Source of the DNA: Flaccisagitta enflata
Lineage: Eukaryota
Direction of reading: 5' to 3'
DNA: 64,000 nt
Assembly: GCA_965153355.1 (NCBI GenBank)
Contig: OZ231126.1
Coordinates: 41,478,001-41,542,000, forward strand
A model generated the notes under the pieces. That model was not told where the DNA came from. It saw only the letters and a list, made by a program, of their open reading frames with translations, and searched no databases. Below, piece by piece: positions 1 to 13,349 of this stretch. The number at the start of each line of letters is the position of its first letter. Within the stretch, counting starts at the first letter, position 1. The position numbers and the translations under genes are program-made.

Positions 1-180
1 CATAAAAATCAGTCAAGTAGTTTAGATTTTACATGTATTTAAGTAAAAAACTTCCTTTTTGCCACTTCTGTTTTTTTCATGGGAAAATGGAGGAACACTC
101 TTTTTTCCCATTTTCTCATTTTGCAATATTTTGAGCCAGAATCATGAGATTAGTCCTAAATAAAAGATGATTTGACAAAT

Positions 181-396
181 TTTTAGTCGCGTGCTACGCG
201 ACTCTACACCCCGCTTTGTCGGTCCGTCCGTCCGTCCGTCGGTCCGTCGGTCCGTCACACTTTACTGTCACACTTTACTTTTTCGGCGTTAATGGGGTTT
301 TTGGCCTTACTGCTCCTGCCCAAATGCTCCGTTGACCTCAATTATGGCCCCTGCCCACCCGCACGCGACTGGGGTAGCCGTGTATCCGGCCTTGTT
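181..396 (+). mobile_element. Helentron-associated (HINE/DINE-1-like) element, family A
   Basis: T-run + self-palindromic AGTCGCGTGCTACGCGACT, (GTCC)n core, inverted subterminal GCACGCGACT, 3' hairpin GCCGTGTATCCGGC + CTTGTT; no TSD. Confidence 0.75.
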
Positions 397-1490
397 GAAA
401 CTACATCCATTCTTTTTTCATACTAGACCATTCCAGCTCAAAAAGTTGAAAAAAGAGAGAAATTTAAAAATGCTCTCTCTCTTAATTTTTATTGAAAATT
501 CTGCCATTGAGGGAAAATTAGTTTCTACTTCAAGGACTTGTAAAATCTAAACTACTTAACCAATTTGGATGATATCTTGATACAAAAAACGTCAATTTAT
601 GCTCTTTAAGAGACAATCAGTATGATATCTAGGGTATATGACATCTCTGAGTAAAAGCTTAACAGAATCCGGCATCTCAGGCTGATGACCCTGTAATGTA
701 CGTAATTTGCATCACTACCAACCTCAAGCGTGAGGTATTCTTGGTGGCCGTGACTGATGCATGAACATGACACATGACACATGACACATGTTTTACGTAA
801 AATATTCGGAATATCGTTTAGTGTTTAAATTCATAATTGAAAAAAAAAGGACGGATACACGGCCCATAAATAGTCGCTTGAAGTTGGGCAGGGGCAGTAA
901 AGAAGGTGGTCAGGGGCAGTATGAGACAGGGCAGGTTCTGTTTTGTAATTTGGCAGGGGTAGTAAAGCCTAGAAATCACCATATCAGTCGATTTCGCATC
1001 ATCAAAAATTTTGGGTTATCAACCTACCGACATACCTACCTACCACGGTACACACTCTGTTATAGAGTCGCTTAGCAAGCGACTAAATACACTGGAATGA
1101 TTGGAACTTCCCATTAGAGTGGCAATGATGCTCAGAGTGACAGTGCAGAGCATCTGTTTTTCATTTATCAACCTCGTGACTGCGTTTTCTGATTCCTCAA
1201 TCTGTAGATATGTGGTCGTTATTCTTTGATGGTGGAGATCAAGGACGAATACACGGCTACCCAAGCGTCTGCGCGGGTTGGTTAGGGCAGTGACAAAAAA
1301 GCTTAGTATGTATTTGAGCAGGGGCAGAGAGGAGAGAGTAAAAGAGAGAGGATAAGCGAGAGGTCTGAAGGGCATCTGCACTTCACGCAGGGAACGTAAA
1401 ATGAGGTCAAATGACGTTTGGCTCAGCAAAGAAACGGAAATAAGTTCTCACTCCATATCTGGGAGAATAAAAAGCGCGAGAGAGAGAGAA

Positions 1491-1566
<76 letters not shown>

Positions 1567-1786
1567 ATAAAAGGAAACCAATCCGGCAAATATCCAAATT
1601 GAGATCTACGGAGTCCCCAAAGGTTAATCTCGCAAAGATTGTGAGATAGGAGATTGAAATCTCACGGGGGTTATCGTTTTACTAGAGTTTGGACGTTAAC
1701 GTTGAAGGGGGAAGAGGGGGGGGGAATGTCGTTAGGGGGGGAGTACTGGGGGTTGAGAAAGGAAAAGGCGTGGTTCATTCCTTCCT

Positions 1787-1879
<93 letters not shown>

Positions 1880-2140
1880 AGAGAAAGAGAAAGAGAGAAC
1901 GAAAAAAAAAAATATAAGGGACCGAGAGACTAAGAGAACGAGAGAGAGGGAAAATAAAGAAACTTTCATGAGGTCTAGATCTGTTTTTTAAGCTTCCCAG
2001 TAAATTTTCTCGAGATTTGGTAAAGGAAAGATAGATCGAGGGATGTTTTTTCAGACTGCGAGTCATGGATCTTGTGCTTGTGATTGAAATTGAATAGGAT
2101 ATCTTTTAAAAACTGAAGATTGAAAAGAGAAAGAATGAAA

Positions 2141-2220
<80 letters not shown>

Positions 2221-2287
2221 ACAGATGGGGCAGAGAAAGAATATGTATGTGAAAGAGAGGGGAAAGATCGAAAAAGCTCGAAAGTTA

Positions 2288-2391
2288 GCGGCCTCTGGTG
2301 GTAGTCGTTTTGATAGATTCGGGTTCAGTCCGCTCTCTGCCCAGGCAAAGGCAACATCCATCATCAGCCTCGCCTCATTCTTTCTGTGAGT
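2288..2391 (+). promoter_or_regulatory. CTCF-like motif followed by possible first non-coding exon/donor
   Basis: GCGGCCTCTGGTGG (2288-2301) is close to the CTCF consensus GCGCCCYCTGGTGG; GTGAGT donor-like site at 2386. Confidence 0.3.
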
Positions 2392-2868
2392 TTTAGTTGT
2401 TTGTGTGTTTTCATTTTAAGAAAAAAAAAAAGAACTTTTTTTGAAGAAATAAGAACGTAATTGCGTAATTGATATCCAAACGTTGTTTTTCTACCACTAA
2501 TTCAAATCGAACTAATTTCATTACCCTCCATTTTTATCTGCATTGGAAAAATGATAAAACTCATGTTTATTTGCGTTTTGTTTGGATCCTCTGACGCCAA
2601 GTTTTTTTTCCAAGCACACGATGACGACGTCGGGAGATTAACAACACAGTTTTATTATCTCTATTTTGCCTATATCCTGCGCCATTACGATCTCTGACTC
2701 TAATTTCACTGTACTTTTGTCTCGGTCTGTCTTTTTGGTCTATGTATATTCTGTGCTCTCTTTGTCTGTATTGTCTCCTTATACATTGTAGTTTGTGTTT
2801 GACGGTGTCTGTCTGGCTATTTGTCTGTATGTATTTCTTCTGTCGCCGTCTCCGAATCTGTCTCTGTC

Positions 2869-2903
<35 letters not shown>

Positions 2904-2910
2904 GTCTATG

Positions 2911-3071
<161 letters not shown>

Positions 3072-3410
3072 TTCCCCATTTTTTTAATCTTTCTCATGGT
3101 TTTTTCCTAATCATTTTTGATAACTGAATATTTCCTTTTTTTCAATTTTGACGCTTCATGAAATGCAAATGTCCCTGCTGTGACTTATTCATGCCTTGCT
3201 GCTTGGCTTGCTTGTTGAACTTCAAGTTTGAACTAGATTTTTTGAGCGTGCCTGCTGCTTCGCACAGTGCCTTTTCTCGTTGCTATACTTTGTCACTTGG
3301 TTTGCTTGTTGAGCTAGGTTCCTCTGTGAACTGGCTTACTTGTCTGCTTGTGTCCTCGGCCTTCAGTAGCTGCTAAGCGTCGTTCTTTCTCACTTGCTTG
3401 TTTTCTTTCC

Positions 3411-3772
3411 TTTTTTGGGCAGCGGCCCCAAAGCTTCTCAAGCCTCAAATTCCCATTGAATAACATGGAAAATTAACGATAAGGCAAAAAATGTATGTTT
3501 CCCATTGAATAACATGGAAAATTGATGAAAACTAAAAATAATGTTAAATTCCTATTGAATAACATGGCAAATTGACAAGAAATTGAAAAAATGCAAAGTT
3601 TCTATTGAATATCATGGATAATTACTCAGGACATATGGAAATTCACCCCTGTGTCCTACAAGACATCAGCCCTTTGGGGTCGCTTCCCTGCTCTCACTCC
3701 TTTTCTTCAGCTAATCACTTCAAGCAGGGCATCGGGTACCGCTGACCATGTGCGATCCTTGGATGACTTGTT
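3411..3772 (+). mobile_element. HINE-like family B element with internal ~50-bp repeats
   Basis: T-run + GGGCAGCGGCCCCAAAG, inverted CTTTGGGGTCGCTTCCC, 4x CCCATTGAATAACATGG unit, end GCATCGGGTACCGCTGACC...CTTGTT. Confidence 0.6.
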
Positions 3773-4467
3773 ACCCATGGACGTTGGGAATAGGAAACTC
3801 TAATCTTTTTACATGGAAATAAACAACAAACGAAGATTTGGATGCCGTTACCAATTAAACAATCGTCAAACTACTTTCACGCTCCTTTTTACTTATACTT
3901 ACCTAATATCCCTAGAACGATTATCAAATATGCTTCAATCACTCTGTTGTCTTTCTGTTTTTGTCCACATAATTTACGGATATTAGGCGCTTAGTCACGC
4001 ACAACATCGACTGCTGTAGAGCCGAGGCACACCCAGCTGACCCAGCAATGACTCGCTTTTTCTGTAATTGAAAGTTTTGGGCGTTTTGGCGGTTTCATCT
4101 CTGATCGACATTTTTCAAATGTCTCCCACGCACTTTTTCTGTGAATAGTAAACGAAGTAATTTGTGGATGCGTAATCAGTTCAACGAAGGTCACTTATTA
4201 CCAAGGTCACCGATTATAGTTCTTCATTGTCAAGAGACAAAAAGCCAAGAAAAATAATGTTTTCTTTTGATGCTTTTTGCTCTTAAATCGAATTATCTAG
4301 TCATCCGAACTTATTCATGGACTACTCGGTCCCTTTTTGTGTCTCACTTGGTCTGTTTGGGTGTGTCCCGGTGTATGCGTCTGTTGGTGTGCCAGTTCGT
4401 TATAAGCCGTACGTTTAAAATCATTGTTCATTTCGTTTTGTATAAAGCAACGCAGGATTAAGCAAAA

Positions 4468-5224
4468 CACCCTGTTGCCTAGCTGTGATAGGTAGGAAAA
4501 AATGACACAGCTTAGCGACCTATTCTGGGGTGTTATACACACCTAGACTGATGTTCCCCTGCATGAAACTAATAATTCTGTTGGGACTTTTTGGAGAAAA
4601 CGCCATAAAATGCCGTAATTTCCCGTAAAATTGATATTTTTTAGCGTTTTTCGGCCAATACTCGCTCAAAAACTGTGGCTCTGGTCAGCAAATGGTCTGA
4701 CAATTACAATTAAGCACTGAGACACGTTCATGCAAAAATTGAAGTCAAACGGAAATCATTTAGTATCATTTTACGGCGTAAAATGCTGTTAGAATAGCAA
4801 TTTTAAGCATTTCTTGGGTTACACTCTCTCAGATAGCTGGAAATGACTTTAAACTGACTGAAAAAAGGTATCAGGGCCTAAAACAAACTTTCGTAATATA
4901 ATGTCAGGATTTGGTGACATATGATGCCGTAAAGCGCCATTAAGTACAGTTAAAATGGCATTTTTGGGGTAATAATTGCTCATACAATTGCTCCACTTGT
5001 CAGAAACAAACAAACTAGGATAATTTGAAACTGAGACACATTTTATTCAATTTGTCATCATTTGGCGTAGTTTCATGCCCCAAAAATGCGGTTAAAATGC
5101 CGTCAAAATAGTATTTTTGATAATTTTTGGGTGACACCCTCTCATATAGCACGCATAAACACAAAATGTGCCAGAAAATGGAAAGTTAGATGTACTGACA
5201 TCATAGATTCAAAACAATGAGTTG

Positions 5225-5314
<90 letters not shown>

Positions 5315-5524
5315 AAACATGTGTGCATGTGTGTGTGTGTAAATGTGTGTGCATGTGTGCGTGTGTGTGTATGTGTGTTACTGTATCATTGTGTAAATGT
5401 ATGAAAGTGCTTTTGCATGGACGCACTAACACGCATGTTTTCCAGAGCATCATTGTGTGTATGTACATGCATGCATGTGTGTGTGCCTGCGTGCGTGTGT
5501 GCATGTGTGTGTGAATGTGTGAAA

Positions 5525-5616
<92 letters not shown>

Positions 5617-7752
5617 GTATCTAAATGTATCTCAGGATCTACCATCCTTTTTCAGGCATTTTAGAAGAAATGCCATACAATATAATGAAATAACACCCAA
5701 AAGTCAGTAAAAAAAGCCATTTATCATTTTTACGGCATTTTTTACGGCATGAAATGATGCTGAATGATGACGGCTTGCTTTGAGTTTTTTTAAAAGTGTC
5801 TCTTGTTGCCACAAATACTAAGTTTTATCAGGTTAATCATTGTTGAGCCAGTTTTACTCAAAAGAATACCAATCATGCCATTTTTACGGCATTTTACAAC
5901 ATTTTACGGCATTTTACGGCTTTGCAATGTGACCAAATACAACAATATTTCATGGAACTGGAGCATATGTGCGTTTTAGGCTCCAACACCCATTTCCTGG
6001 CAGTTTTTAAGATCATATCTTATGATATGGAAGAGCAACACTTAAAATCAGTCAAAAATGTCATTTTAACGGCATTTAACAGCGTAAAATGATATCATAT
6101 GACGTCTGCATGACTTAAATTTTTGCATGTATGTGTCTTAGTGCTAAATTGTAATTGTCAGACCATTTGCTGACCAGAGTCGCTGTTTTTCAGCTCGTTT
6201 TGGCTGAAGAGCGCTCAAAAATGTCAGTTTTACAGGAAATTACGACATTTTACGACGTTTTCTCCTAAAAATCCCAACAAAATTTTTTGTCTCATGCAGG
6301 GGAATATCAGTGTAGGTGTATGAAAAGTGGAACAATATCTCTCACTATACCCAAACTGAAATAAATGGAAGAGGACCTTGTGAACCCTCACTGACTAGTT
6401 AATACGCGCACCACTCCTAGTTTTCCGTAAAACAGAATCTGAAAAACACTCCTTCTCAATCTAACCCAAAAGCAAACTGCTTACCAAAAGAAGTCAGGAC
6501 GATAATTGTTACCTTTATTACCAAAATTCAACAAATCACCCGAGGGTAACATTGTTAAGAAACCATACCCTTAGAGGATAGAATCGAGGTCAAGCTTAAT
6601 GCGACCGCCGGACATTCCAATCCAAGGTACTGAGTAGTATGAAAAGTGGAACAATATCCCTCACTATACCCAAACTGAAATAAATGGAAGAGGACCTTGT
6701 GAACCCTCACTGACTAGTTAATACGCGCACCACTCCTAGTTTTCCGTAAAACAGAATCTGAAAAACACTCCTTCTCAATCTAACCCAAAAGCAAACTGCT
6801 TACCAAAAGAAGTCAGGACGATAATTGTTACCTTTATTACCAAAATTCAACAAATCACCCGAGGGTAACATTGTTAAGAAACCATACCCTTAGAGGATAG
6901 AATCGAGGTCAAGCTTAATGCGACCGCCGGACATTCCAATCCAAGGTACTGAGTAGTATGAAAAGTGGAACAATATCCCTCACTATACCCAAACTGAAAT
7001 AAATGGAAGAGGACCTTGTGAACCCTCACTGACTAGTTAATACGCGCACCACTCCTAGTTTTCCGTAAAACAGAATCTGAAAAACACTCCTTCTCAATCT
7101 AACCCAAAAGCAAACTGCTTACCAAAAGAAGTCAGGACGATAATTGTTACCTTTATTACCAAAATTCAACAAATCACCCGAGGGTAACATTGTTAAGAAA
7201 CCATACCCTTAGAGGATAGAATCGAGGTCAAGCTTAATGCGACCGCCGGACATTCCAATCCAAGGTACTGAGTAGTATGAAAAGTGGAACAATATCCCTC
7301 ACTATACCCAAACTGAAATAAATGGAAGAGGACCTTGTGAACCCTCACTGACTAGTTAATACGCGCACCACTCCTAGTTTTCCGTAAAACAGAATCTGAA
7401 AAACTCTCCTTCTCAATCTAACCCAAAAGCAAACTGCTTACCAAAAGAAGTCAGGACTATAATTGTTACCTTTATTACCAAAATTCAACAAATCACCCGA
7501 GGGTAACATTGTTAAGAAACCATACCCTTAGAGGATAGAATCGAGGTCAAGCTTAATGCGACCGCCGGGCATTCCAATCCAAGGTACTGAGTAGTATGAA
7601 AAGTGGAACAATATCCCTCACTATACCCAAACTGAAATAAATGGAAGAGGACCTTGTGAACCCTCACTGACTAGTTAATACGCGCACCACCCCAGAATAG
7701 GTCGCTATGATGTGTCATTTTTTCCTAGTTATCACAGCTAGGCAACACGGTG
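4468..7752. mobile_element. Non-autonomous foldback DNA transposon with CAC..GTG ends (CMC/Chapaev-like), right arm interrupted by a tandem array
   Basis: 65-bp terminal IRs CACCCTGTTGCCTAGCTGTGATA... / ...TATCACAGCTAGGCAACACGGTG. Inverted homology continues for hundreds of bp (4533-5200 vs 5650-6320) around a central (TG)n. Flanked by AAAA on both sides. Confidence 0.75.
6318..7690. repeat. Tandem array, 319-bp unit x 4.3, near-identical copies
   Basis: TGAAAAGTGG recurs at 6321, 6640, 6959, 7278, 7597; only about four substitutions seen across copies. Confidence 0.97.
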
Positions 7753-8056
7753 AAAAAGCTTTGAAAACGACCTCAAGAGACGTAATTGATTTGACCAGGG
7801 ATTGTTACTACTAAAACGCCCTTGAAATTGGAGCAAATCCTGGGCATTAAGCCTTGGGAATCTTTTCCCAATTGAACTCACGCCTGGCAGGAGAAGAAGA
7901 AGAAGAAGAAGAAGAAGAAGAAGAAGAAGAAGAAGAAGAAGAAGAAGAAGAAGAAGAAGAAGAAGAAGAAGAAGAAGAAGAGGAAAAAGAAAAAGAAAAA
8001 GAAAAAGAAAAAGAAGAAGCGGACCAAGAAGAGGCAAGGCAGAGGATAATAAAGAA

Positions 8057-8232
8057 AACAAGGCCAGATACACATCTACCGAAGTCGCGTGCGGGTGGGA
8101 GGAGACTGATAAAAAGTTTAACCAAAGCGTTTGGGCAGGAGCAGTAATGCAAAAACCGCCTGTAATCGCCAAAAAAAGCAAACAGGGACAGACCGACCCC
8201 TTGATAGACATAGCGTGCACACTACAAAAAAA
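8057..8232 (-). mobile_element. HINE family A copy (diverged); further partial copies at about 845-1070, 8864-8960, 57118-57207
   Basis: AACAAGGCCAGATACAC...GTCGCGTGCGGGTGGG...TTTGGGCAGGAGCAGTAA, reverse complement of the 181-396 element. Confidence 0.65.
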
Positions 8233-9065
8233 AAAATAGAAAAAAAAAGAGAAAAAAACGGGGGGTGTAGTTGAAAACCGCATTTTTAGTCATGAATCTT
8301 ACAATCCAGAAGTGATGGGCCAACGTTACCAATGGACGAACGGACCTGTGGACAAACGAACGGGCAGACGCTCAATACCCTTTTAAGAGCCGCGCGTCCC
8401 TGACAAGAAAAAAAAAAAGAAAAGAAGAGGAAAAAGAAAAGGTGAAAGAATAAAAAGAATTGGGTAAACGGAAGTAAACTAGGCGAGGAGGAAAGGGGGT
8501 AAGAGAGAGACGCATTGTCGAGCATAAATTTCGCTCAATGCCCCATTAAGTTCTCATCAAGTGTCTGTCTGCTTCTCTTTTTCTCGCCCGCCTTTAATCC
8601 AATTTGTCCCTTTTCCTCGTTTGGATATTTTTCTTCCCTAACTTAAGCTTTCTTTCTTTCCTCGTTTCGATTTGCTTTTACATTTAGATTGCGCCACTCT
8701 CCAAGTTTGTCGGTCCGTCTGTTCATGGGAATTCTTTGACTAGGTGACTAGTTGCAAAATTACAAAGCTACCCTGGTCCACATGGCGATATGAATGATAT
8801 CAAAAAGATGACAGTAGCACGCCGCAACATACCAAAAAAAACTACGGAACTACGTAAACAGAATACAAGGCCGGATACACGGCTACCCCAGTCGCGCGCG
8901 GGTGGGCAGGGGCCGTATTTGAGGTCACTTGATCACTTGGGCAGGAGCAGTGAGGCCAGCGTTTCTGTTTCTTTTTTTCACTAGATCTCTCCTTCGCTCC
9001 TTTCTTGCCGTCTTTCTTATTTTCAACCCCTGCTTCTTCCTCTTCTTACATTCTTTCTCTTTTTT

Positions 9066-9147
<82 letters not shown>

Positions 9148-9351
9148 TTTCTTTTTTCTTTCTTTCTCACTAATTTCGTCCATTTCATTTCAATTCATTT
9201 TATCCTTCATTTTCCCAGTGGTTAGTCAGTCTGTCACAGTCAGAGTCAGATATTTGACAAATTGATCCTTGAGATAAAGAATAGGAAGTGAATGACATTT
9301 CGAGTCGATTTAGAGTCAAGGAATGTTCAAAGAAAGAGAAAGTTAAAGGAA

Positions 9352-9464
<113 letters not shown>

Positions 9465-10639
9465 AGAGAGAGAGAGAGACAGAGAAAGACAGTGACAGAG
9501 ACAGAGACGGATAGAGACAGACAGACAGACAAACAGCCAGCCAGAGACAGACGGATAAAGAGAGAGGGATCACATGCAAATCTAGCTAGAGCTAGACAAC
9601 CCAATCTTTGAGCCCAGTAAACGTAACGCACTATGATGCATATCATTCCTTACAGAGTGATAAGCACTACACGTGCGTTGTCATGAAGTTGTGCACCAAA
9701 TTCTCATCATTCTAACGCAGCGTTACCGACTTTGGTGGGACTTCTGTGGGAACTGCAAAGCCAAAACAAAAACGGAAGATGTAGGAATTTTGAAAGAAGG
9801 AAAACAGTCATCTTTTTTATTTTTTCTCCTCCACATTACCCAAGTAGGGTGAAGGGATGCTCCAAACTTTTGCTATGGGAAGCACCCAACGGACACATTT
9901 GTTTTGCAGTGAATTTTACAAGTCAACCATCATAAAAGAGTTTTAGGCCTAAAACTTGAAGTATCTCGTTTCCTCGATGAAAACTGCAACTTTCCCATGG
10001 CCATAACGCCGATGCTCATTTTTTTCCCTGACACCCTCGTGCTAAAATGACAGGTAGAAAGGAGAGGGGGAAGGAGGAAAGATAACAAGTAACCCGCGGT
10101 TGCAATATCGTCACGAAGGGGAAGTGGCACGGGTGGAAATTGATGTTTCTGCACAAATAAAGGCAAATAAAGACCAGCGGATCAACGGCCTAAGTCGAGA
10201 GGGTAAAATTCTGTATTCTGCAGTAACTTTGTCGTGCACAGAAGATTAGTAAAGAATTTAGGATGCGTAGGAGATTGCAGCCCTTACAAACGAAGGGGAT
10301 GCAGTCCTCCCGACTTTTCATCCGTGGCGGGAAATATCTGAACCAAAACTTGGACGACCCTGATAATCGTACGGGGATCAGCACGGGCAATAAAACGAAA
10401 ACCGCTTTCAAAATTTGTGTTTACAGACTGACAGTCCAAACAACACGGTGGGGGTACTGAGCAGTTCAATTCTATTTGAACGGTTTTTGAAGGACTAAAA
10501 AAATTCTGTTATTGCCTACATAACAATTTGCATTTGTTTGAGTTGGAATGCCGTCGCTGGTGAGTCCGTTTCAGCGTAGCTTAACCGTATATCATCAGAA
10601 AAAAATCTGAGAATTTTTGCCCACTTCAGATAACGTCAA

Positions 10640-10858
10640 TAACATCTGTTCATGTAAAAACGTCACAGCAACACTCAAGATAAAACTATGAAAAGCATAC
10701 TTCTAGTTGGCTCAGTAAGATGAAATTTTGATTGTAGCTGCTCAAAGGTATAAGGACGCTTCAGCTGAAATTTCTTCTGACAGGTCCAACTAAAATTGCA
10801 CTTTTCATAGTTTTGTCATTAGTGTTGCTGTGACGTTTTCACTTTAACAGGTGTTTTT
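10640..10858. repeat. Inverted repeat (MITE remnant)
   Basis: AAAACGTCACAGCAACACT...AAAACTATGAAAAG / CTTTTCATAGTTTT...AGTGTTGCTGTGACGTTTT. Confidence 0.6.
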
Positions 10859-11510
10859 GCATCTCGCGCTCTCTAAAACGGGGGTAGAAATATTTTCAAA
10901 TTATCATATCTTTCTTATCAAGAATCTACAATCGGATTTTTCATGATGGCGTTTTTGTTCTACACTGGCGGTTCTCTCATCTTACCAAACAATTACTTAC
11001 GATGCATTCCCTTTTTTAGGCAAGTGAAGATCGCAACATATATGTGATTAGAATCACCACTTGAGATGTATGATACGCGATGATGTACATCCTATTCAAG
11101 TGAGAAAAGAAATCATAGGTTCAAGTATCATAATATGAATGTGCATTCTACATCTCACTAACAGATCCCATATTCTGATGGATGATATGCCATTATGCAT
11201 TGAGTTCAGCAAATACAAGTGGCATAAATAGTACTTCTTGACATTACGCTTTCAATTTTACCAAACGATCACCCCTTGTGATGGATGATATGCAATGAAG
11301 CTTTTTCGAGTCGAGTAAGGAACGTAAAGGTCAAATATTTGAAAAGCGGCAATCATGAAAACGACTCGATATCCAATATCCAATATTTGATGCAACCGAA
11401 TTTCTAAACGACCTCGTTTATGAGTTTTTGCTTTACGATGATGATTCTGCCGCAACTTGGAGCAGCGGCAGTAACAATTTCAAATTTACCAACAACAACA
11501 ACAACAACAA

Positions 11511-11642
<132 letters not shown>

Positions 11643-12114
11643 AGCGCATCGTTGGCCTTCCAGGCCTTGTCTCAAATTATCCATGTCAACACAATCCAAT
11701 GACTATCACGCGGGTACACCCTTTTAGTTGTTCCTCGTCCATCACTCTTTTTCTCAATTGCTGAGCACGTGACATCAATTCGGTGAACCTATTCCCCTCA
11801 CATTCATTTCTCACAGTTTCTTATTTTTTTTTCAATTCTTTCCTTTTTTTTCCTCCATCAGTTTTCCCCATGTAGCCTTGTTCTTCCGATACTTTTTTAT
11901 TTCCCCGCTTTCGGGCAGCAGCATCGATGCGGGCGGCGAGGCTGAGGCTGATGGGCCTGATGCTCGATTGCCTCTGATATCATTCACGATATTTCACATC
12001 TCAGGACCAAGTTGCAGTGGATAAAAGTATAATTTGAAAAGATAATCAAATCACGATCATAAATCATGTTTGAAAATATTTTACCACAGGTACTTCTGAA
12101 CATATTTGTCTGTT

Positions 12115-12191
<77 letters not shown>

Positions 12192-12630
12192 TTTGTTTCT
12201 TTGTTTCTTTGTTTCTTTGTTTCTTTGTTTCTTTGTTTCTTTGTTTCTTTGTTTCTTTGTTTCTTTGTTTCTTCGTTTTTTCTTTCTTTGTTTCTCTGTT
12301 TCCTTGTGGCTTTGTTTCTTTCTCTCTAGCCCACCATGCTGCTCTCATTTTTTCTCTCTGTTGCGTTCATTTATTTCCTCTCTCGCCTCGATATCGGCCG
12401 GCTTGATTCCGGTCTTCGGCGCGCCGGCCGGCCGGGTTTGCGCCGATCGTCCAGTCGGCCGGCCGTTTTTTTTTCTCGCTTCGCTTCGCCTCATCGTCGC
12501 CGCCGCCGCCAACACGTCGCTTCTTTTTTACCCGTTTTTTTCTCCCTCACCGCCGCTGCGGCCGATCCAGTGATCACGCGGCCGCGGTCTAGAGGCCATG
12601 AGCCGTTTTTTGCTGCCTCTGGCCCGCCAC

Positions 12631-12687
12631 GGGTCATCCTCTTGATTGGGTCACGCCTGTGACCTTATGACCCTCTCTCTTTGACCC
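12631..12687. promoter_or_regulatory. Cluster of five nuclear-receptor half-sites (RGGTCA/TGACCY) at the edge of a CpG-rich island
   Basis: GGGTCA 12631, GGGTCA 12648, TGACCT 12660, TGACCC 12668, TGACCC 12682 (DR11, IR6, DR2, DR8 spacings). Confidence 0.55.
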
Positions 12688-13349
12688 TCGTCGACTTAAT
12701 TTTCATGGAAATCTCTATATTATAGGTGTAAATCCTTGCAAAGTAAGACGGTCCACTACTTTTCAGTCGCCTGTTGCGCGAATCTATGAACCACTTGCAT
12801 TACAGTCCGTTGGTCGGTCCATTTGTCAATCTGTTTTTTCCATCGGCGATTTAAGCTTCGTCACTCCTATCAAAATGCCTTCATCCCTGCCCTTGCCCTC
12901 CCGCACACAACTATGGTCTTTCATTCGGGCCTAGAGGGCAAGCAACCCTGAAATCCGCACTCATTTGATTGGCCTGTCCTTCCGTTTGGCAATACAAACT
13001 AACACTTAAGGACACAAACAACTTTAATCTCATGTATGCACAACTGCACATCTATAGCTGTGTTGGTCAGTATGTCGGCCCGTCCATCTGTTGGTCCTTT
13101 GGTCCATCAAAATTATGTTTACTACCCTTGCTCACTTGCACGAGACTAGGGGGGGGATGCGAAGAACGCGGCCTTGTTTTTCTTTGAATATGTGTGTACC
13201 ATGAGAATATTCAAATCGACCTTTTCTCTTTTTATCTAGTTCTTTATTCCTGATCCTGCTTCGAAAGTACGTCATTAAGTTTCGACTTCAAGGTCATTTA
13301 ACATCGTCTCTCCATGAGTCCATTTGACAGATGAAACGCGACTGACAAC

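Noticed and set aside
676-700. CTGATGA hammerhead/snoRNA-like motif
   Set aside because: No properly placed GAAA or supporting stems.
6335-6405. Twister-ribozyme-like spacing on the minus strand (UAA...GAGG..AAG..CCUC...GAGGG)
   Set aside because: P2 register and both pseudoknot pairings (GC/AAGC, CCC/GGG) do not fit the twister consensus.
6604-6636. 5S rRNA box-C-like stretch on the minus strand (CAGTACCTTGGATTGGA)
   Set aside because: Only a short partial match; no box A or rest of the 5S sequence.
6318-7690. Retrozyme (hammerhead) or CRISPR-like interpretation of the tandem array
   Set aside because: No CUGANGA...GAAA core on either strand; units are identical end to end with no unique spacers; eukaryotic context without cas genes.
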